Positions 38,871-52,820 of a stretch of 64,000 nt of DNA are shown in pieces. Origin of the DNA: Octopus bimaculoides (taxonomy: Eukaryota). A program made the translations under genes and the position numbers. A model generated the notes under the pieces. That model did not search any database. It saw only the letters and a program-made list of their open reading frames with translations, and was not told where the DNA came from. The number at the start of each line of letters is the position of its first letter. Within the stretch, counting starts at the first letter, position 1. Where the stretch lies: NCBI RefSeq assembly GCF_001194135.2, contig NC_068992.1, positions 65,380,019 through 65,444,018 of the forward strand, given 5' to 3'.

Positions 38871-39904
38871 TTAAAGATGATCATGATGACAGAGGAAGAA
38901 AAGTAGTAGGAAAAGGTGGAGGAAAAGAGGAAAAAGAAGGAGAGGAGAGGGAATTTGATAAGGAAGAGATTTAGTGACTTTATCATTATTCCAAAGCCAT
39001 TACATGCTAATTTAAATAGCATGGATCTTATCATGAAATTCGTTGACAAAATTCCCCTCAAACTGCGATTATCTTTGCTGGGATTCTTTTAGAATATTTA
39101 TCTTGTTGCTGTTGCTGCTGTTATAATTTCCTTTACTTTCCAACAAAAACAGGGAAATGATAAAGTATTATACAAATTATTCTTAATTAACTGCACAGAC
39201 TAAACAGATAATTATGTATAGAAAGCTCAATAATTAAATATGATACAATTAACCATATCGCAGGAGAAATGCTGCAACACAGTTCTGCATTGTGAATCTA
39301 CTTGATGAGAGAAAAGGCTTTACCAAAGTGCATAAGGTGTCTTTAATCATACCAAAGACAATCTTTGGTGCCAGACTCATTGGTACCTCATTATCAGTTT
39401 ATTATTTTGTTATTCCACAAAACCGGAGCCCGTCCCTCCAACAATCAACACATTTTGTTTAACTTCCTGCCGTTTATTTGTTATATTAATTCTTCGTTTG
39501 TTCTCCCCAAAACAGAAATTTGGATCCATCGTGGAATGGTGAAATATTGGTTTCACATCATATTCGTTGCTTCCTCTTGCACTGTTCACCTACTGTTTCT
39601 CAAACTGGAGCACAGAGATACGCCCGTGAACATCTCTCAAAGTGAACGAGAGTATAAGTCAATCCACGTTTCCTAGCTTGAATAATTTTTGTCTTATATT
39701 ATCATAGGTAACCGTTTTCTCTTGATACACACATATCTCTAGAATACTTCTGATATCATTTCCGACCCTGCAATATGTTGCTCGCCTGTATGGTCCTCGT
39801 TGGAGAGGTGGATGTAAATACAGTTTTCCAAAATGACTAGCCAAAGAGAATCAATAATATATGTCAGCAGGATAATATATACATTATCAGCTGCTCAATC
39901 ACTC

Positions 39905-40180
39905 AAATGTGGACGTGATATATCTCAACTTTGCAAAGGCCTTTGACAAAGTCAATCATGGAATGATATGTCACAAGCTGCGTGATCGCAGAGTAGTTGG
40001 AAAATTGGGAGAATGGCTCCATGACATTCTGAAAGATAGAAGTCAGGTGGTAGTAGTAGCCAATAGTGAGCGGTGTTCCACAAGGCACTGTTTTGGGACC
40101 ACTACTGTTCATAATGGTCCTCTCAGACATGCCCTCAGCCACACAGAGTGCCACGATCACAAGCTTTTCGTACACAAAAA
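39905..40180 (+). mobile_element. Non-LTR retrotransposon (CR1/L2-type) reverse transcriptase fragment
   Basis: VDVIYLNFAKAFDKVNHG...GKLGEWL..ILKDRSQVV, a frameshift, then SGVPQGTVLGPLLF...SF(SYTK) where the catalytic ADD motif is decayed. Confidence 0.9.
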
Positions 40181-40873
40181 TGTCGAATTATTTTTAAACA
40201 TTCCTCTTCCTTCACTCATTTATTCTTAATACAAAACAGTTTCAAGACGTTATGATTTCATGTTTCTTTCTAATTCCTCCTAACATTAAGAGCAAGACAA
40301 TTCTAACCATATATACCATTCCTACAATAATCAGTAATCCATATGTCTCCTTCAGTCGCTTCATTCTTACCCCCTTCCCCCATACGTCTAAAGTGTATGA
40401 TACTGCGACACTTTGTGTTTTTTCTTTGTGGCTGTCCTTTGATCTCGCTGTCACCAGCTCCTCTTCTGATATCTCACATCACCTTGATGTCTGTCCTCCA
40501 CAACAATTAGTAAGTTATTTTCAATCAGTTTGCCGCCATTATTGTTATTATTACTCTTCTTTAGCCCGAGGTCAAGTCTGATATGGTAGACCTATGATCA
40601 AAGATGTTTCTTAACCACCCCTTTCTCTTTTACAGCCATAATGTGAAAAATAATTATCGTACTTAATGAGTGTTTCACTGTACGTTCAATATGCTGCCTG
40701 CACTACAAACAAATACATATATACAGTGTTATTGTTATTTTTGTGTTGTTTTATTACCATTATTCTTGTTATAAGTGTTTAATTTTTGTTTGTTTTTCCT
40801 CATATTTTTTTCGTTTGTAGTGTTGCTATTTTCTATTGTGCAAATTCTTATATTAAGAACAGATCACTTAGAA

Positions 40874-41183
40874 CAGAGGTTCCCGAACTTTTGGGGCCAC
40901 CGCCACCACATGGCCACATAATACACTCAGCACCCTTTATTTTTATATATTAATAAATATTTCATAGTTTACTAATTTATATATACTATGGATCATTTGA
41001 TATTTAATATAATATTATATAATTTGTATACAATGCTGTAATAATATAATAAATTCTTAGCGTCCCCCAACCCACTTCCTTCCTCCTAACATCTTTTTCT
41101 CTACGGTCCCCTTAGGCACCAGTACTCACCTGGACCGTCTCAACGCCCACCGGGGGCGGCAGCACCGACTTTGAGAACCTATG
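40874..41183. mobile_element. hAT (Charlie-like) MITE with 8-bp target-site duplication
   Basis: TIRs CAGAGGTTCCCGAACT and (rc) CATAGGTTCTCAAAGT match 12/16. Flanks acttagaa (40866-40873) and gcttagaa (41184-41191) match 7/8, with a central TA. Confidence 0.85.
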
Positions 41184-42897
41184 GCTTAGAATATTTTAGC
41201 CACATTTTTTGTGATATTAATGTTGTTATATTTCTTGGTGTTCCACATTTTTAGGTGTTTATTATCACAGAGAACTCTGCTAAGCCACAGCACATTTTCT
41301 ATGAAACCAACATTTGACATCTGGTGTCGGTGTGTTTATGTCCCCTTAAAATAGCGGTTAGCGGTTCAGCAAATATTACTACGGTGCCCCAGCATCACCA
41401 CAGACGTATAACTAAAACTAGTAAAAGATAAAAGATTTAAGACTTATGCATTGGTATACATGCATTCATACACATATACTTAGGTAGCTACAAAAACATT
41501 TCTTTACAAAGCATCCAATATTTTTCTATGATAAAAATATGCAAATACGAATATTCTGTTAGCAAACAGGAGGTTCTAAAAATGACGGCGGTGAATATTC
41601 CAGCAGACAATGAACGTCGTAATAACAGTATAGAACAACATTCAAGTAGCTTGAAATAGAATAAAGAGACTTCGTGTCGTTCGTTTACTTAATAATTCTC
41701 TAAACAATTATTGTCCTTAAACAAAACTAGATCCGTTAATAAACTATTCCTTTATCCTGTGATTACCTGAAGTTCTGAATGAGTGAGAAAGTCAGGTGAG
41801 TGCTGCAAATCAAATATTTTTCGTTGAAAACGTGAATATAATAGGAAATAGCTTCGAGATTGTTGAAAATAACGTCTAAACGTACACACATGCACACGTT
41901 AACCTGTGCAACCCAGCAAACAAAGTTTTAAGACGTATTAATGTGTATATATACTCATACACCGTTCGTACACACATATATATATAGATGTTACAAATAG
42001 AAACACAAACACACGCACATACATATGTATGATGTGCGTGTAAAACAATATAATGTGCATATGCATTATCCACATATATATATACATATATTGATATACA
42101 TATACACACCATACACACATACACATACATTATATATATATATATATACGTACATTAAGTGCTAAAATTGTTAGTTGGAAATATTATTACCTAGAAAATA
42201 AGTTTAAGCGAAAAGCAAAAGTCAAATCAATACATTTAATAGAGTGATGTTTATGAAATGCTTCAGTTCCAGCTGTTTAACATTCCAACACAGTTTATAG
42301 GCGGTTATTTACTGCTGTATGCCCGCAGTCAATTTTGAAACGGAAGTGGATAATAAAAATACTATATTTCTATGTGTGACGGGTGTTTTAAGAATCGAAT
42401 CGTAAATCATGAACTTACTTTTCAACCTGCCTAAATATAAAGGTCCTACGGCGTTCTCTCAATATATATGAGAATTAAAAAAAAAACATTAAAAAAATCT
42501 GACATTTATAATTGACTTCTCTTCCGCCATTGAATATCGTCTTTTGGTTGTTATTTGCATTTCACGAAGAGACTTTTATGAATCCAGACGTACGTGTGTT
42601 TGTGCTCATATTTCTATATATCTCCATACATATATATTTCTGTATGTATGAATATATATATATATATATATATNNNNNNNNNNNNNNNNNNNNNNNNNNN
42701 NNNNNNNNNNNNNNNNNNNNNNNNNNNNNNNNNNNNNNNNNNNNNNNNNNNNNNNNNNNNNNNNNNNNNNNNNNNNNNNNNNNNNNNNNNNNNNNNNNNN
42801 NNNNNNNNNNNNNNNNNNNNNNNNNNNNNNNNNNNNNNNNNNNNNNNNNNNNNNNNNNNNNNNNNNNNNNNNTACGTGTGTGTGTGTGTGTGTATTT

Positions 42898-43080
42898 AAG
42901 AGACCCCTTCGGTCATGAATGACCAAGGAATTGCACCTAGAAAGTTACCTTCCAAGGCACAATTCCGGGCAAGGTTGTTTTGTGGAAGGCCAGCATACCA
43001 GCCCCTCCTTTCCACACCACTGATGCTATCCAAGAGAAAGGCAAAGGCCGATACACCATGGCACAACTCATTTCTACAGA
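42898..43080 (-). mobile_element. SINE-like family D, 3' part with terminal stem-loop
   Basis: Overlaps in sequence with the 50850 copy. Ends in a GGTCAT/ATGACC hairpin next to (GT)n. Confidence 0.65.
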
Positions 43081-43479
43081 GTGGAAGGTACCACATCAAT
43101 GATATTTGCAGCACCATATCCCCGAAATAAATGAATTAAAAACCATTAACGTTTCATTTGAAATGCTGCTCGTCAATACTCTTTAGGAAGAACAAAAGAA
43201 GGGCGAAAATTTCTGAAGGATGATATTCTGGTGATGAAGGATTGCTTTCGTGGTCAATCCAGATAAAAATGTGAGGTTCAGACCCACAGAAAGTACAGAG
43301 AAGTGGACATGCGCATGAATAGAGAAGTGACTGAGGTGTGACAATTATGGAGGAGATAGTAAAGACAATGAGATGCGACTCGAAGCCTGTGGAATAGAGG
43401 CTGGAGTATCACCGAGTGATGGAGTATCAACCGAGTATCCTTTCCAGGTGAAATAATTGTTTCGTATTTTTGCGCAATG

Positions 43480-43865
43480 TTAGCATTTTGGTGGTCATTA
43501 GTGGGTTTCAGCAGCCTCGGTATTTGATTGTTTGTATTTTTATCGACCCCGGAAGGGTAAAAGGTAGAGTCAACTCTGACAGTATTTGAACTTGCTAAGC
43601 CTTTTGTTTGACGTCCTAGTGAGTCTGCTCGGCCGCTGTAATTTTTGGAGGTGAAACAATCTTTTCTTCTATAAGAACAAGACCTTTAAGTTTTCTGTAG
43701 AATAGTCCATTACATTTACAACAGTTATTGGCAAGTACTTATGTCTTCGACCCCGAACGGACGAAAAGCAAATTGGATTTCGCCGATACTTGAGCTCAGA
43801 ACATTAAAACAGGCGAATTTTTATTAAGCATTTTCCTCAGCGTGCTAACGACTCTGGCAATTAGC
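43480..43865 (-). mobile_element. Two head-to-tail SINE-like family A copies
   Basis: tttttatcgaccccggaagggtaaaagg and tcttcgaccccgaacggacgaaaagc cores. Confidence 0.7.
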
Positions 43866-44959
43866 TGATTTTTTTTAATGGTGAAATAATAAGATAAACA
43901 AAGGTAAAAATAAAATTGCTGACAAATAAAGAAAAAAAGAAAATTTAGTCAAAAGATATAACGAATAGATAATTTTCAACCCGGGACTAAATATTTGCAA
44001 TAAAGGAGGGTATGTTAATTGGAAAAAATATAATTAACAACCCGAAGGTAAAAACGTGAATCTAGACACCAAATACTGTAAATAGACATATGAAGATTGA
44101 GGAAAATGTAAAAGTTTGCGGTTGAGTTCTCTCGTTTAGACTTTGTGATTAGATATACTGTAGCATTTGGTGAGAAAAATAAATAAAAATGAGGCAAATT
44201 TAGTGAGTTAAATTCTTTAAAGTCACACCATTTCACGTCTGCATATCCAGACATTACTCTAAATTCTTCTTCGTTGCCAATTCTTCGATTTTTTTTTATA
44301 TGTATTCCTATTATATCAATATATTTTATTGGTTTGTTATTTGTAAGTTTCTTCTCAATATATCTACACAAGAAGAATATTGCACTTCTGCAGACAGTTG
44401 CACGTAGACGAAGATTAGCTTTATTGAATATGGTTTACTGCGGATAATAGCTTCAGTAGGCTCCATCTCTGGCAACTTATATTGCTTACAACCACTTGAA
44501 TACTTGAAGAAGAATTACACAAGCATACTACTATGCATGCACATAAATACCCACAGATAACTATCAATCTATCAAAATATCTCCCTTTTGTCTGTGTCTA
44601 TAAACAGACACATACATTGATGTATCTTTCTATCTCTATGTCTATCTCTTTATCAATCTATCTTTATCTATTTGTGTGTATGTGTGTGTGTGTGATAAGA
44701 AAATTCTTGGCATTATTAAATAAACATTTTTAAGAAAACCGTAAATACAGGAAGATTTCTGACGTACAGTAATTTCGTACAGTAAACGCGCCAATATGAA
44801 GATCACATCAACTAGCGATGAATGGGATCTGAAGACCTAGTGCACACCAAATTCACTGAAATGAAGAACCGGGGAGAAATCTACGCCATTTATAAATGGA
44901 TCAAGTAGATGCAAGTTATGCATAGCTGAAAAATTGCACATTCTTTTTAGGTTCATGAA

Positions 44960-45145
44960 ATTTCTTAGGAATTGGGTGACTATCAATTGCATCCACACCA
45001 GTATTCAACTGGTACTTATTTTATCGATTCCTAAATAACACAAAGCATAGTCAACATCACCGAGATTTGAACAGAGAACGCAAAACCGGAAGAAATGATG
45101 CTAAGTATTTTGTACGGCGAGCTAACTATTCTGCTTGCTGATTGC
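44960..45145 (-). mobile_element. SINE-like family A copy
   Basis: caactggtacttattttatcga...gagatttgaacagagaacgcaaa. Confidence 0.75.
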
Positions 45146-47298
45146 TTTTTAAAATAAAGTACGTAGGATAGTACAGTTTTATTAAAAGTGGTGACCATCA
45201 CCTGATTGTCTTTGATTCATAGACCGAATTGTTTACAGCAGGCAAGGGGTAAACACAAGAAAAAATCTACAATGGCTGATGTGAAAATAAATTCATGTAA
45301 AATTTTGACAAGCTTCAACGAATTAGAAAAACTTCAGCTAGAAATTGGATACGGGTCACCAATATTAATACATCTTCACTATCCTTCTTACTCTTGCGTT
45401 CACGACACCATTCCAGTTACTTCCCAGAATTTCGTCGAATCATTTGAAAGTTTAGTGCTACCACATTCAGGTCAACTCTAATGTTGCAGCGGGTTCTCTG
45501 AATGTAGTGTGTATATCGATCCTGGTGGAAGTGCGTTCGTGTCAAAAAATGCCAGTAACTCGTTTGTGGAAGACAGTTTGAGTCAAAATAGAATTAAGTA
45601 TGGAGTAGTATTAAAAAAGAAAGACATATAATCTCTCAACTCGAAGAAAAATTCCTCAACTTTTTATTTGCTTGAACTCTCCTAGTCTTATTAACATTTA
45701 AATAAATAGCTTGTTTACTCTAATCTCATTTAATCACTTCATCTTGATAAACTACTTCGATATTTTTTCATTTGCCATTTGCAGACGACGCAGCCGGAAA
45801 GTATTACAACGTTTTGCGAACATTCTGGAATAGTTCCAATTTATCTTCGTAAATTCGTGTTGAATGTGGATTGAAAAAAATATCAACCACTGAGGAAATT
45901 GCTGGTCTACTTAAAGCCACACACGCACACATTAAAAGTAATGTTTGGTGCCACTTTGATATGACTGTTCCGTACGAAACTACGTTATACAATTTTTTTT
46001 TAACCCCAGCAGATTATCTCCTCCAGCTGTTTAACGACACAATCAGGGGAGCGAACCTCTACCATCTACTGGTTTGACATAACAGCAGACCAGCTTGGTT
46101 CAATGGTATTTGCCCTTCCTCAGTACCAGACACCTGTCCGCTAGAGATGGCAGTCGTTGGTCCTAGCTCGCAATATAAATAGAAAAATAAGCGACGTTCT
46201 GCCGCTGATTTTGTAACAAAGTAGCTATTTCTAAAACTTCTATAAGAGATGTAAGTGATATCGGACACAGGTTGCGTCGTTAACCAGCCAGAGAAGATAT
46301 TCTCCTGAGGGTTAAAAAAAAAATAATGGTATTAACTTAGTTCCGTATGGAACAGCCATTTTGGTCCTGTAGCAGAAAAAATTATTTATAGATTAATTTT
46401 TCAAGACGTTCTAAAATAGAATTAGTTCACCTTCTCTCAATTTATCATAAAATTGTTATGACATCAACAACATTGAAGATGGATGGTATGTCACAACAAC
46501 GTCCCTACAACCTCATTTCGGTTCTGAGAGTTTAAATCAGAGCAAGTGTATTTTTTAAAGGAAACACGGGATCTATTTCGTGTTACTCTGTACCTACTCT
46601 CTCATTGGCAAAGTTGACAATGGGAACGAAATACGATTTGTCCCTCCTGTGGTTTACAAATCATACATTCTGAGTATTTTAACAATGGATCTTTCTGTCT
46701 TGTAGATCGGAATGAAGTCGCTAGTCTTCTGAGACACAGTCCGATTACTGTATTATTTTCACGTAGTTTCTATATATATATATTTTATTATTTAAACGAA
46801 TCTTATACAATACTACCTTGCATTTACATTTCCAAATCAAATCAATAGATTTCCTATTACTTTATAAATCTGCAAACGTCCACCTATGTGATAAGCTGAT
46901 TACAGTTAGACGAACAAAAGAGGTTTTACTCTATTAGAACGTAAAGGAGACGTTGTGTGAGAGATATGTATACTTAGCGTCTTACTCAGCCAAACAATGT
47001 CCATAATAGGTGCTAATAAAGCGTATCTGCTGTCGCCTTGCCATGAAATCTACCACTCTATTAGTAAACATTATTATAGTCAGATGCTGTATGTTTTGGT
47101 ATTCCCCTGAATCATGTTGCAGTAACCAATAGATTTATGCCAAAGCAGACGCAATAAAATTCAGCAGTAATTTCGTTTCAATTCTTTTCCTTTCGCGTCA
47201 TTATTTCCATGGTTTATTATCCCGCCATTCAAATGATAGCCTTATTATGTGCTGTCTATATAAAAACACACTGACACAAACGCATATATATCTATCTA

Positions 47299-47375
<77 letters not shown>

Positions 47376-47965
47376 TATCTTTACATTTGCTGCTCTTATT
47401 CAACAATCTGTAAAAATCAGAAGTCTGTCACGTATGGTAGGTAATATTGTTTAAATCAATGTGTTTTCTTCTCACACATATTTACTCACAAAAAAGTAAT
47501 TTAATAAAATAAGAAAATATTCCAAATATTTCCAACAGCAGACGTGTTTTGGGAAATTTTAGCTACAAAGATTAATTTTGCAATCATTTTCTCCCATTAT
47601 TTACCTTTTCATTATTCGTTTGTTTAATATTGGTGCTACAGTTGCAATCTTTCGCGGTTAAATCACATTAGTTAGTTGTCATTAGTATTAAAAAGTTTCA
47701 CCTATAGACAGCAAAATACGTTCTGAGTAAATTTCCTAGTTGCTTAATGTTATAATGTTGCACCTGACAGTATTAGAAAACGGCATGATTGACACATTAA
47801 GACATCTGAGATGATTGCTTACGCAAACTATTGTGGAATTGCGTTTGGTAACTACGAATCATGCAATGATATTTGTATATGCATATGTATGTACGTACAC
47901 ATGGCTCACGTACTACAAAAACTCACAATCCGAAGGGCAGACACAACACGGATAGACAGAACCAC

Positions 47966-48016
<51 letters not shown>

Positions 48017-48518
48017 AACACACACATTTATATGTCATCATGATTGTTAAATCCACAATTTTTTTTTTTACTCTCTGTTTATTTCCTCGTGTTCCTTCCT
48101 ATCGAAGAGCGTAGGCTCGAAACATAAAATACTTTTTCAATTTACCGAGGGTCAAACTAATACACCTACTCATTGTTTATATACCTGTCTTCGTCTTTTG
48201 TTTTTCTATAAATTTCAGCTATANNNNNNNNNNNNNNNNNNNNNNNNNNNNNNNNNNNNNNNNNNNNNNNNNNNNNNNNNNNNNNNNNNNNNNNNNNNNN
48301 NNNNNNNNNNNNNNNNNNNNNNNNNNNNNNNNNNNNNNNNNNNNNNNNNNNNNNNNNNNNNNNNNNNNNNNNNNNNNNNNNNNNNNNNNNNNNNNNNNNN
48401 NNNNNNNNNNNNNNNNNNNNNNNNNNNNNNNNNNNNNNNNNNNNNNNNNNNNNNNNNNNNNNNNNNNNNNNNNNNNNNNNNNNNNNNNNNNNNNNNNNNN
48501 NNNNNNNNNNNNNNNNNN

Positions 48519-48569
<51 letters not shown>

Positions 48570-49439
48570 ATACACACATACACACACACATACACGCACA
48601 TTTACATGTATGTATACGTACATAAACAAAGGCATAGATGGGGCGAAGTGAGAGGATGGAAGTGTTAATTTATTATTTTTGTGTGAAACATTGTCTTATT
48701 ATTAAAATATTTAAGATAATTTTCACATATGTCATATATTTCTATCACGGCGTAGTAAAATGCCATTTATTTATTCGATGAAATCTTCGTAGATATATTT
48801 ACAGCATTATCTATCATTTCATTCGTTTATGTCCTGATATTTCTGTCACGTTGTTCCATTCAATAGTTTAGCACATATAATTTTTTTTTACTGCTCTTCG
48901 GGTTTTACTAAATTTATATCTAACATATGTTGTTCAACTTGAAACGGAACTTAATGTATAAAAATGTATTATTCTGACAGCAGGTAATGAATCAATAGGT
49001 CTGATATGACACGACAATAATAATAACAATTATTATAATAAAAATGATAATAATAACAACAATAATAAAAATAATACAATAGTCGATTTCAAATAGAGTT
49101 CTGTAAATGTAACCTTCCCTTTGGAGAAAATTTTTGGTATTATATATTCACCACCGTTACATGTGTTTCATTTGCTACTAGGCGTTGCATAATTATATTT
49201 ATAGGAAAAATACGTAGGATATCTTCAGTTAGAAATTCTTGAGATAAAGAATAACTAATCTTCTCTTTCGTATTTAATATGATTCTCCTGATTATTGAAG
49301 ATAGAATACCGGTTATTTAGAAGACCACCCGGTTTTCGTGTTCCTGCGGATCTCTCCGTGGTCGAGTCGTTCGACCATGTCATAACAACGAACAGCTGAC
49401 CACTCTACTATATTACATAGCAATATAGTTGCTTTTATA

Positions 49440-49610
49440 TAAGGCGGGCAAAATTGTAACGGCGCCGTGCAGGAATCTTAGCAGCATTTCGTTCGCATTA
49501 ACGCTTCCAAGGTCGGCTTTGCCCTTTCATCTTTTCGGAATCGATAAAATAAGTACCATTTGAGCTCTCGGTTCCATGTAATCGATTTGCCCCCCCACTC
49601 TCCCAATGCT
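49440..49610 (+). mobile_element. SINE-like family A copy
   Basis: ggtcggctttgccctttcatcttttcggaatcgataaaataagtacc. Confidence 0.7.
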
Positions 49611-50849
49611 TACTTTTTTCAATTTTTGAATACAAGACATTTGTTTCTATATGACTTTCAATATGGTTTAGGTGCCATTATATCTGCCTAACAAACACTT
49701 AAACACGTTGTTTAGTCTCTGTGAAAGCAACTACAATATATTTCATGTCATTTACGCTGTGAATATATATTTCTAAGTATGTAGCTATGAACGTTGCAAC
49801 CCTTACCGTCTTGGCTTTTACACTATCTGTATGTAGAGCAAATACTACAGTTAATATTTTCTATGACGACCAATCAATTGTTCTTTGTTAACGTCTCCTT
49901 CGGATACAATCTAATTCAGAAACGATGTCAATAGACATTAATTTGACATCTACTTACACTCGGCCTTTATAATAGAATTATAATAGAATTTTAATAAGAC
50001 AATTATATAGAATTCCCTTACAATAAATTCCACAATGTTAATCTTTTCGCTATTTTGCTTTTGTCTCCTTCAGCATCCTGTCGTATCTTATTTATGCCTT
50101 CACGCTTACTTAATGCATTCTATTTCGCCGTTATTCTACATTGCGATATTCAATCTCTTCAATTTGACAACAAAAAGAAGTAATTAATTTTTCTAGTGAT
50201 GACACGACATCTACTTCTTTTATAATTGCTTTTATCCGAAATTTAGCTATTTATTTTTAAACACTTGTTCAATTCAAAATTCGAGTGTTACCTATTCATT
50301 TTAAACGATTTACTTATTCAATTCAAATAGCCAGTAATTCACCTGAATATAATATAAGATGTAATTTTCAAAACTTACAATGCATTGTAAGGGCTGAACC
50401 TAATAGTGTTCGGCTTTATCATCACTGACCATTGAGAGAGGACATTTGTATATAAAATGAATATATTATATATGTAATTAGGAAAGGTGAAGCTAAGTTG
50501 AATCGAAACCTAATTGGTTCATCTCATATTTTTTAACAATAAAAAGTCTTATAAGAATTTTTTTACTATAACAACAATAGTAATTTTTTGTGTAGTGGTG
50601 TTGTTGGTGTAGTTGTTCTTGCTGGTGATGGTGATAGTCATGGTGGCAGCGGTTTAACTCTTAGTCAGAAAAACTATCCTAAAAGCCAGTCCAGTTTTGA
50701 CCAGTGCACCTTTTCATTCAGCTGTAATTCGTCTAGGACTGCGTTATCGCATGAATTAATCATTTTTCTCTAACAGAAAATTATCGTTGGAGAGAAATTT
50801 GACAAATATTTTTAGCTAGTCGAGTAACGTCCGAGAAGCTCCTTTGCCT

Positions 50850-51111
50850 GGCTGGTATAGAAAGGCAAATATGTTGCTTTTCTTTATGGCTCCAGACCAG
50901 TCCTGATTCTTCAGGGAAAGGCAAAGAGGCCGATACAGCTTAGCACATGTGACATCGCAACTCATTTCTTTTCTACAACTGAGTGAACTGGAGCAACGTG
51001 AAATAAAGTGTCTTGCTCAAGAACACAACACGCAGCCCGGTCCAGGAATCGGACTCACAACCTCACGATCGTAAGCTCAACGCTCAAACCACTGAGTCAT
51101 GCGCCTTCACA
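50850..51111 (-). mobile_element. tRNA-headed SINE-like family D, 5' part
   Basis: Minus strand tgactcagtggtttgagcg (A box) and gagtccgattcc (B box-like), followed by the ttcttgagcaagacact core seen in CORE/V/Meta-type SINE domains. Shares gaaaggcaaa..ggccgataca...caactcatttc with 42898-43080. Confidence 0.75.
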
Positions 51112-51841
51112 TTACTCAGATCGTATGAAAGAATGGTTAACCAAAATCTGCAAGTAAATATGGACATTTAGGATATATTTATGAAAATGTTTGGGACACG
51201 CAAATGGTTAATCGTTTCCCGAAAGATAAAGGGTTAATGTCGACTTCGGTAGGAATTAAACACAACGCAGAAGGGTTCTCCATTAAAACAAGAAAAGTTA
51301 AGTGCTTTGTCCAGGTTTTCGTATAACTGATGTCTGACTATGGGTCCTTTTAATGCATTATCACATCTGACATAATAGAACACAAATACAACACACTTTG
51401 CATTTTCTTTTTCTACAAATAAACGTGAATACAAATTAGGTCTTCACTATTTCAGGTTTACTGGCAGGTAGATAGAAACCTTTACAACCAGCAAGAAAAT
51501 AGATAAAAACAAAAAGTACAAAGAGAAACTCCAAACATTGTGTGTGTTTTCTCTGGCTTCCGCATGTATAGAATTACCTAATAATAATAAAAATCTACAA
51601 AGATATTCAAAAGAGGGGGAAATATGTTCTACGGGGAATTGCTTAGTTTCTATGAACAGAACTATGGACAAACAAGTAAAATATATAAATATATTCCAGC
51701 ATTAAAATCCATCTAAGATATTTTCTATTTTTAGAACGGAAGTAATGAAATGCAATGGCACACATATTAAATAACCCCTTCTCTCTCTCTTACACACACA
51801 TTCATCTCTGTCTCACTTTCTCCCCTTACTGGATACTACTT

Positions 51842-51876
51842 GATACTAAGTGAATATATGATATTCACTTAGTATC
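51842..51876. repeat. Perfect 16-bp hairpin with 3-nt loop
   Basis: gatactaagtgaatat-atg-atattcacttagtatc. Confidence 0.95.
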
Positions 51877-52679
51877 CAATAATGGTTTCAGTAGACTAAG
51901 TACAATTTTATAAAAAGGAGACATTGTTGCTTCATTCGACAGAAGTTACGGCGAGTTCTTAATTTAATGACAGTGAAAGCAATTTGTGAACAGGGCACTA
52001 AACTATAACCTGATACAATAACTTCTCTCTCTCTCTCTCTCTCTCTCNNNNNNNNNNNNNNNNNNNNNNNNNNNNNNNNNNNNNNNNNNNNNNNNNNNNN
52101 NNNNNNNNNNNNNNNNNNNNNNNNNNNNNNNNNNNNNNNNNNNNNNNNNNNNNNNNNNNNNNNNNNNNNNNNNNNNNNNNNNNNNNNNNNNNNNNNNNNN
52201 NNNNNNNNNNNNNNNNNNNNNNNNNNNNNNNNNNNNNNNNNNNNNNNNNNNNNNNNNNNNNNNNNNNNNNNNNNNNNNNNNNNNNNNNNNNNNNNNNNNN
52301 NNNNNNNNNNNNNNNNNNNNNNNNNNNNNNNNNNNNNNNNNNNNNNNNNNNNNNNNNNNNNNNNNNNNNNNNNNNNNNNNNNNNNNNNNNNNNNNNNNNN
52401 NNNNNNNNNNNNNNNNNNNNNNNNNNNNNNNNNNNNNNNNNNNNNNNNNNNNNNNNNNNNNNNNNNNNNNNNNNNNNNNNNNNNNNNNNNNNNNNNNNNN
52501 NNNNNNNNNNNNNNNNNNNNNNNNNNNNNNNNNNNNNNNNNNNNNNNNNNNNNNNNNNNNNNNNNNNNNNNNNNNNNNNNNNNNNNNNNNNNNNNNNNNN
52601 NNNNNNNNNNNNNNNNNNNNNNNNNNNNNNNNNNNNNNNNNNNNNNNNNNNNNNNNNTTTATATTCCTGTAAACCAGCG

Positions 52680-52820
52680 GTTCGCTAGAACAGACTGAGA
52701 GAAATAGATCCTGGGGTGGATTTGTTCGACTGAAGTCAGTGCACCATTATGGACGCAGTCAAGTAAACGCATAAAAGAATATATATATATATCTATTTCT
52801 CTCAGTCTGTTCTAGCGAAC
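52680..52820. repeat. Perfect 30-bp inverted repeat with 81-nt spacer
   Basis: 52680-52709 gttcgctagaacagactgagagaaatagat is the exact reverse complement of 52791-52820. Confidence 0.95.

Noticed and set aside
39755-39800. CSPVWS-like motif (CR1 RT C-terminus) upstream of the RT fragment
   Set aside because: Needs frameshifts and is in the wrong order; too short to claim a rearrangement.
43141-43180. Minus-strand TTGACGAG...GAAACGTT as a hammerhead
   Set aside because: C3 is missing, stem II is poor and stem I is not complementary.
45206-45481. 91-aa ORF and neighbouring ORFs at 45804-46268
   Set aside because: No recognisable domain, no consistent splice pattern, and length within chance expectation.
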